NCBI GenBank assembly: GCA_016906335.1
Contig: JADEYG010000012.1
Location: 248,001-312,000 of the forward strand
Origin: Novakomyces olei
Taxonomy: Eukaryota
Direction of reading: 5' to 3'
Length of the DNA: 64,000 nt
This document shows positions 63,040 through 64,000 of this stretch, in pieces (the first letter of the stretch is position 1; every line of letters starts with the position of its first letter). Made by a program: the position numbers and the translations under genes. A model generated the notes under the pieces. The model did not search any database. It worked only from the letters and a program-made list of their open reading frames with translations, and had not been told where the DNA came from.

Positions 63040-63634
63040 TGCCTTGTTTTCCGGTAGAAGCCTCTGGCGCAATGATGATTGCAATAGGCGTGTGAGGTTA
63101 AATGTACTCTTATTATGGCGTACGTGTCTGAAATTGTTACAATATTGACTACGAATTATTTTGTGGTTTTTACGTCGTGTTTATATGGTCACCACGAATA
63201 AATAAGGACTCGAATTTACATAGTCTTTGTATTGAATGCTTAAGGTTATACTTTAAAGTTACGAGAAACTTTATGCTTTAGAGTCAGTTGGCCACTTATC
63301 GCTTATATTTTGTACAATAAAATGATAGGGCCAATTAAATAGTACGTGGAATTGTCATACCAATAATGTAGCAATAACGTAGCAGTAATGTACGTCAACT
63401 AAAGTATGTCAATGTGTGGCAATAATGTACGGTGGGAATAATATATCAACCGAGGGCATTTGACCGGCGGTCGTGGCTGATTGACAATGTAGAGCAAAAC
63501 AGTTGAAGCGCAATGTATTATTGTACAGTAAAGGATATGCAAAATGCATGTAGAGAATTTACAAACAGAGTATACAAGAAAGAATAGAGATGAAATGCAT
63601 ACATCTGATTTAGCAATAAGTGTAAAGAAGGGTA

Positions 63635-64000
63635 TCAGACAATAACGGTTGGCCGAACAGTGTTGGTGGCAGGCACTGTAGTAAGCCAGGCGTGCCTCAG
63701 TAAAAAATACGTGGCCATCAATGGCGTCATAACCAGTCCCAGAGCCCCACCAAAGATCAATTTGTAAACCTGCGGAAGAGGAAAGTGATTGTAATAAAAG
63801 TCGTTGCCACGTTTATGTCCAATGCCGGCCAGAATGCCCATAGCCACGGGCCAAAACGTTAGAAAAAGCGGTACTGACAGTATCAATGCACGAATTGCAT
63901 CATTAACAAGCCAGAGCCAAAAAAGGCCAACTCGTACCCAAAACTTGTGAGGCTCGGGCGGGTGCCAATCAAACGCAGTAGATTGCAGCCCAAAGTATTG
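63635..64000 (-). CDS. 3' end of an uncharacterised multi-pass membrane protein (5' part lies outside the window)
   Basis: Frame is open from 64000: QYFGLQ...FWLWLVNDAIRALILSVPLFLTFWP...PQVYKLIFGGALGLVMTP, with hydrophobic helices. Confidence 0.65.
   Translation of the reverse strand, partial: QYFGLQSTAFDWHPPEPHKFWVRVGLFWLWLVNDAIRALILSVPLFLTFWPVAMGILAGIGHKRGNDFYYNHFPLPQVYKLIFGGALGLVMTPLMATYFLLRHAWLTTVPATNTVRPTVIV

Overview
Gene-dense, intron-rich ascomycete nuclear DNA. It has short GT-AG introns, CTAAC/CTGAC branch points close to the acceptor and the standard genetic code. Several proteins (Clr6, Par1, Thi9) strongly resemble the Schizosaccharomyces pombe proteins as I recall them, so a Taphrinomycotina fungus near the fission yeasts is inferred, not proven. 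The window holds about 21 intact or partial protein genes: R3H protein, ADIP/Msd1-like, clr6, par1, sfc1, mtr4, prp21, RMD8-like, thi9, flavohemoglobin, a DUF4097-like membrane protein, MCU, emc1, rpf2, a Zn2Cys6 factor, a bromodomain protein, pol5, spt8, a lipase, a Rho-GEF, a ZIP transporter and snd1, plus a truncated membrane protein. It also holds one tRNA-Ile(AAT), a frameshifted con-10-like gene missed by the ORF track, and many pure AT-rich microsatellites. The highlight is a complete TPP riboswitch aptamer inside the first coding-region intron of the thi9-type thiamine transporter. An alternative 5' splice site lies upstream of it, can base-pair with the aptamer, and would introduce a premature stop if used. 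Other highlights are a 4-nt microexon needed to build the Zn2Cys6 domain and a mitochondrial calcium uniporter gene. Gene models were spliced by eye; outer coordinates should be close, but internal junctions need RNA-seq.
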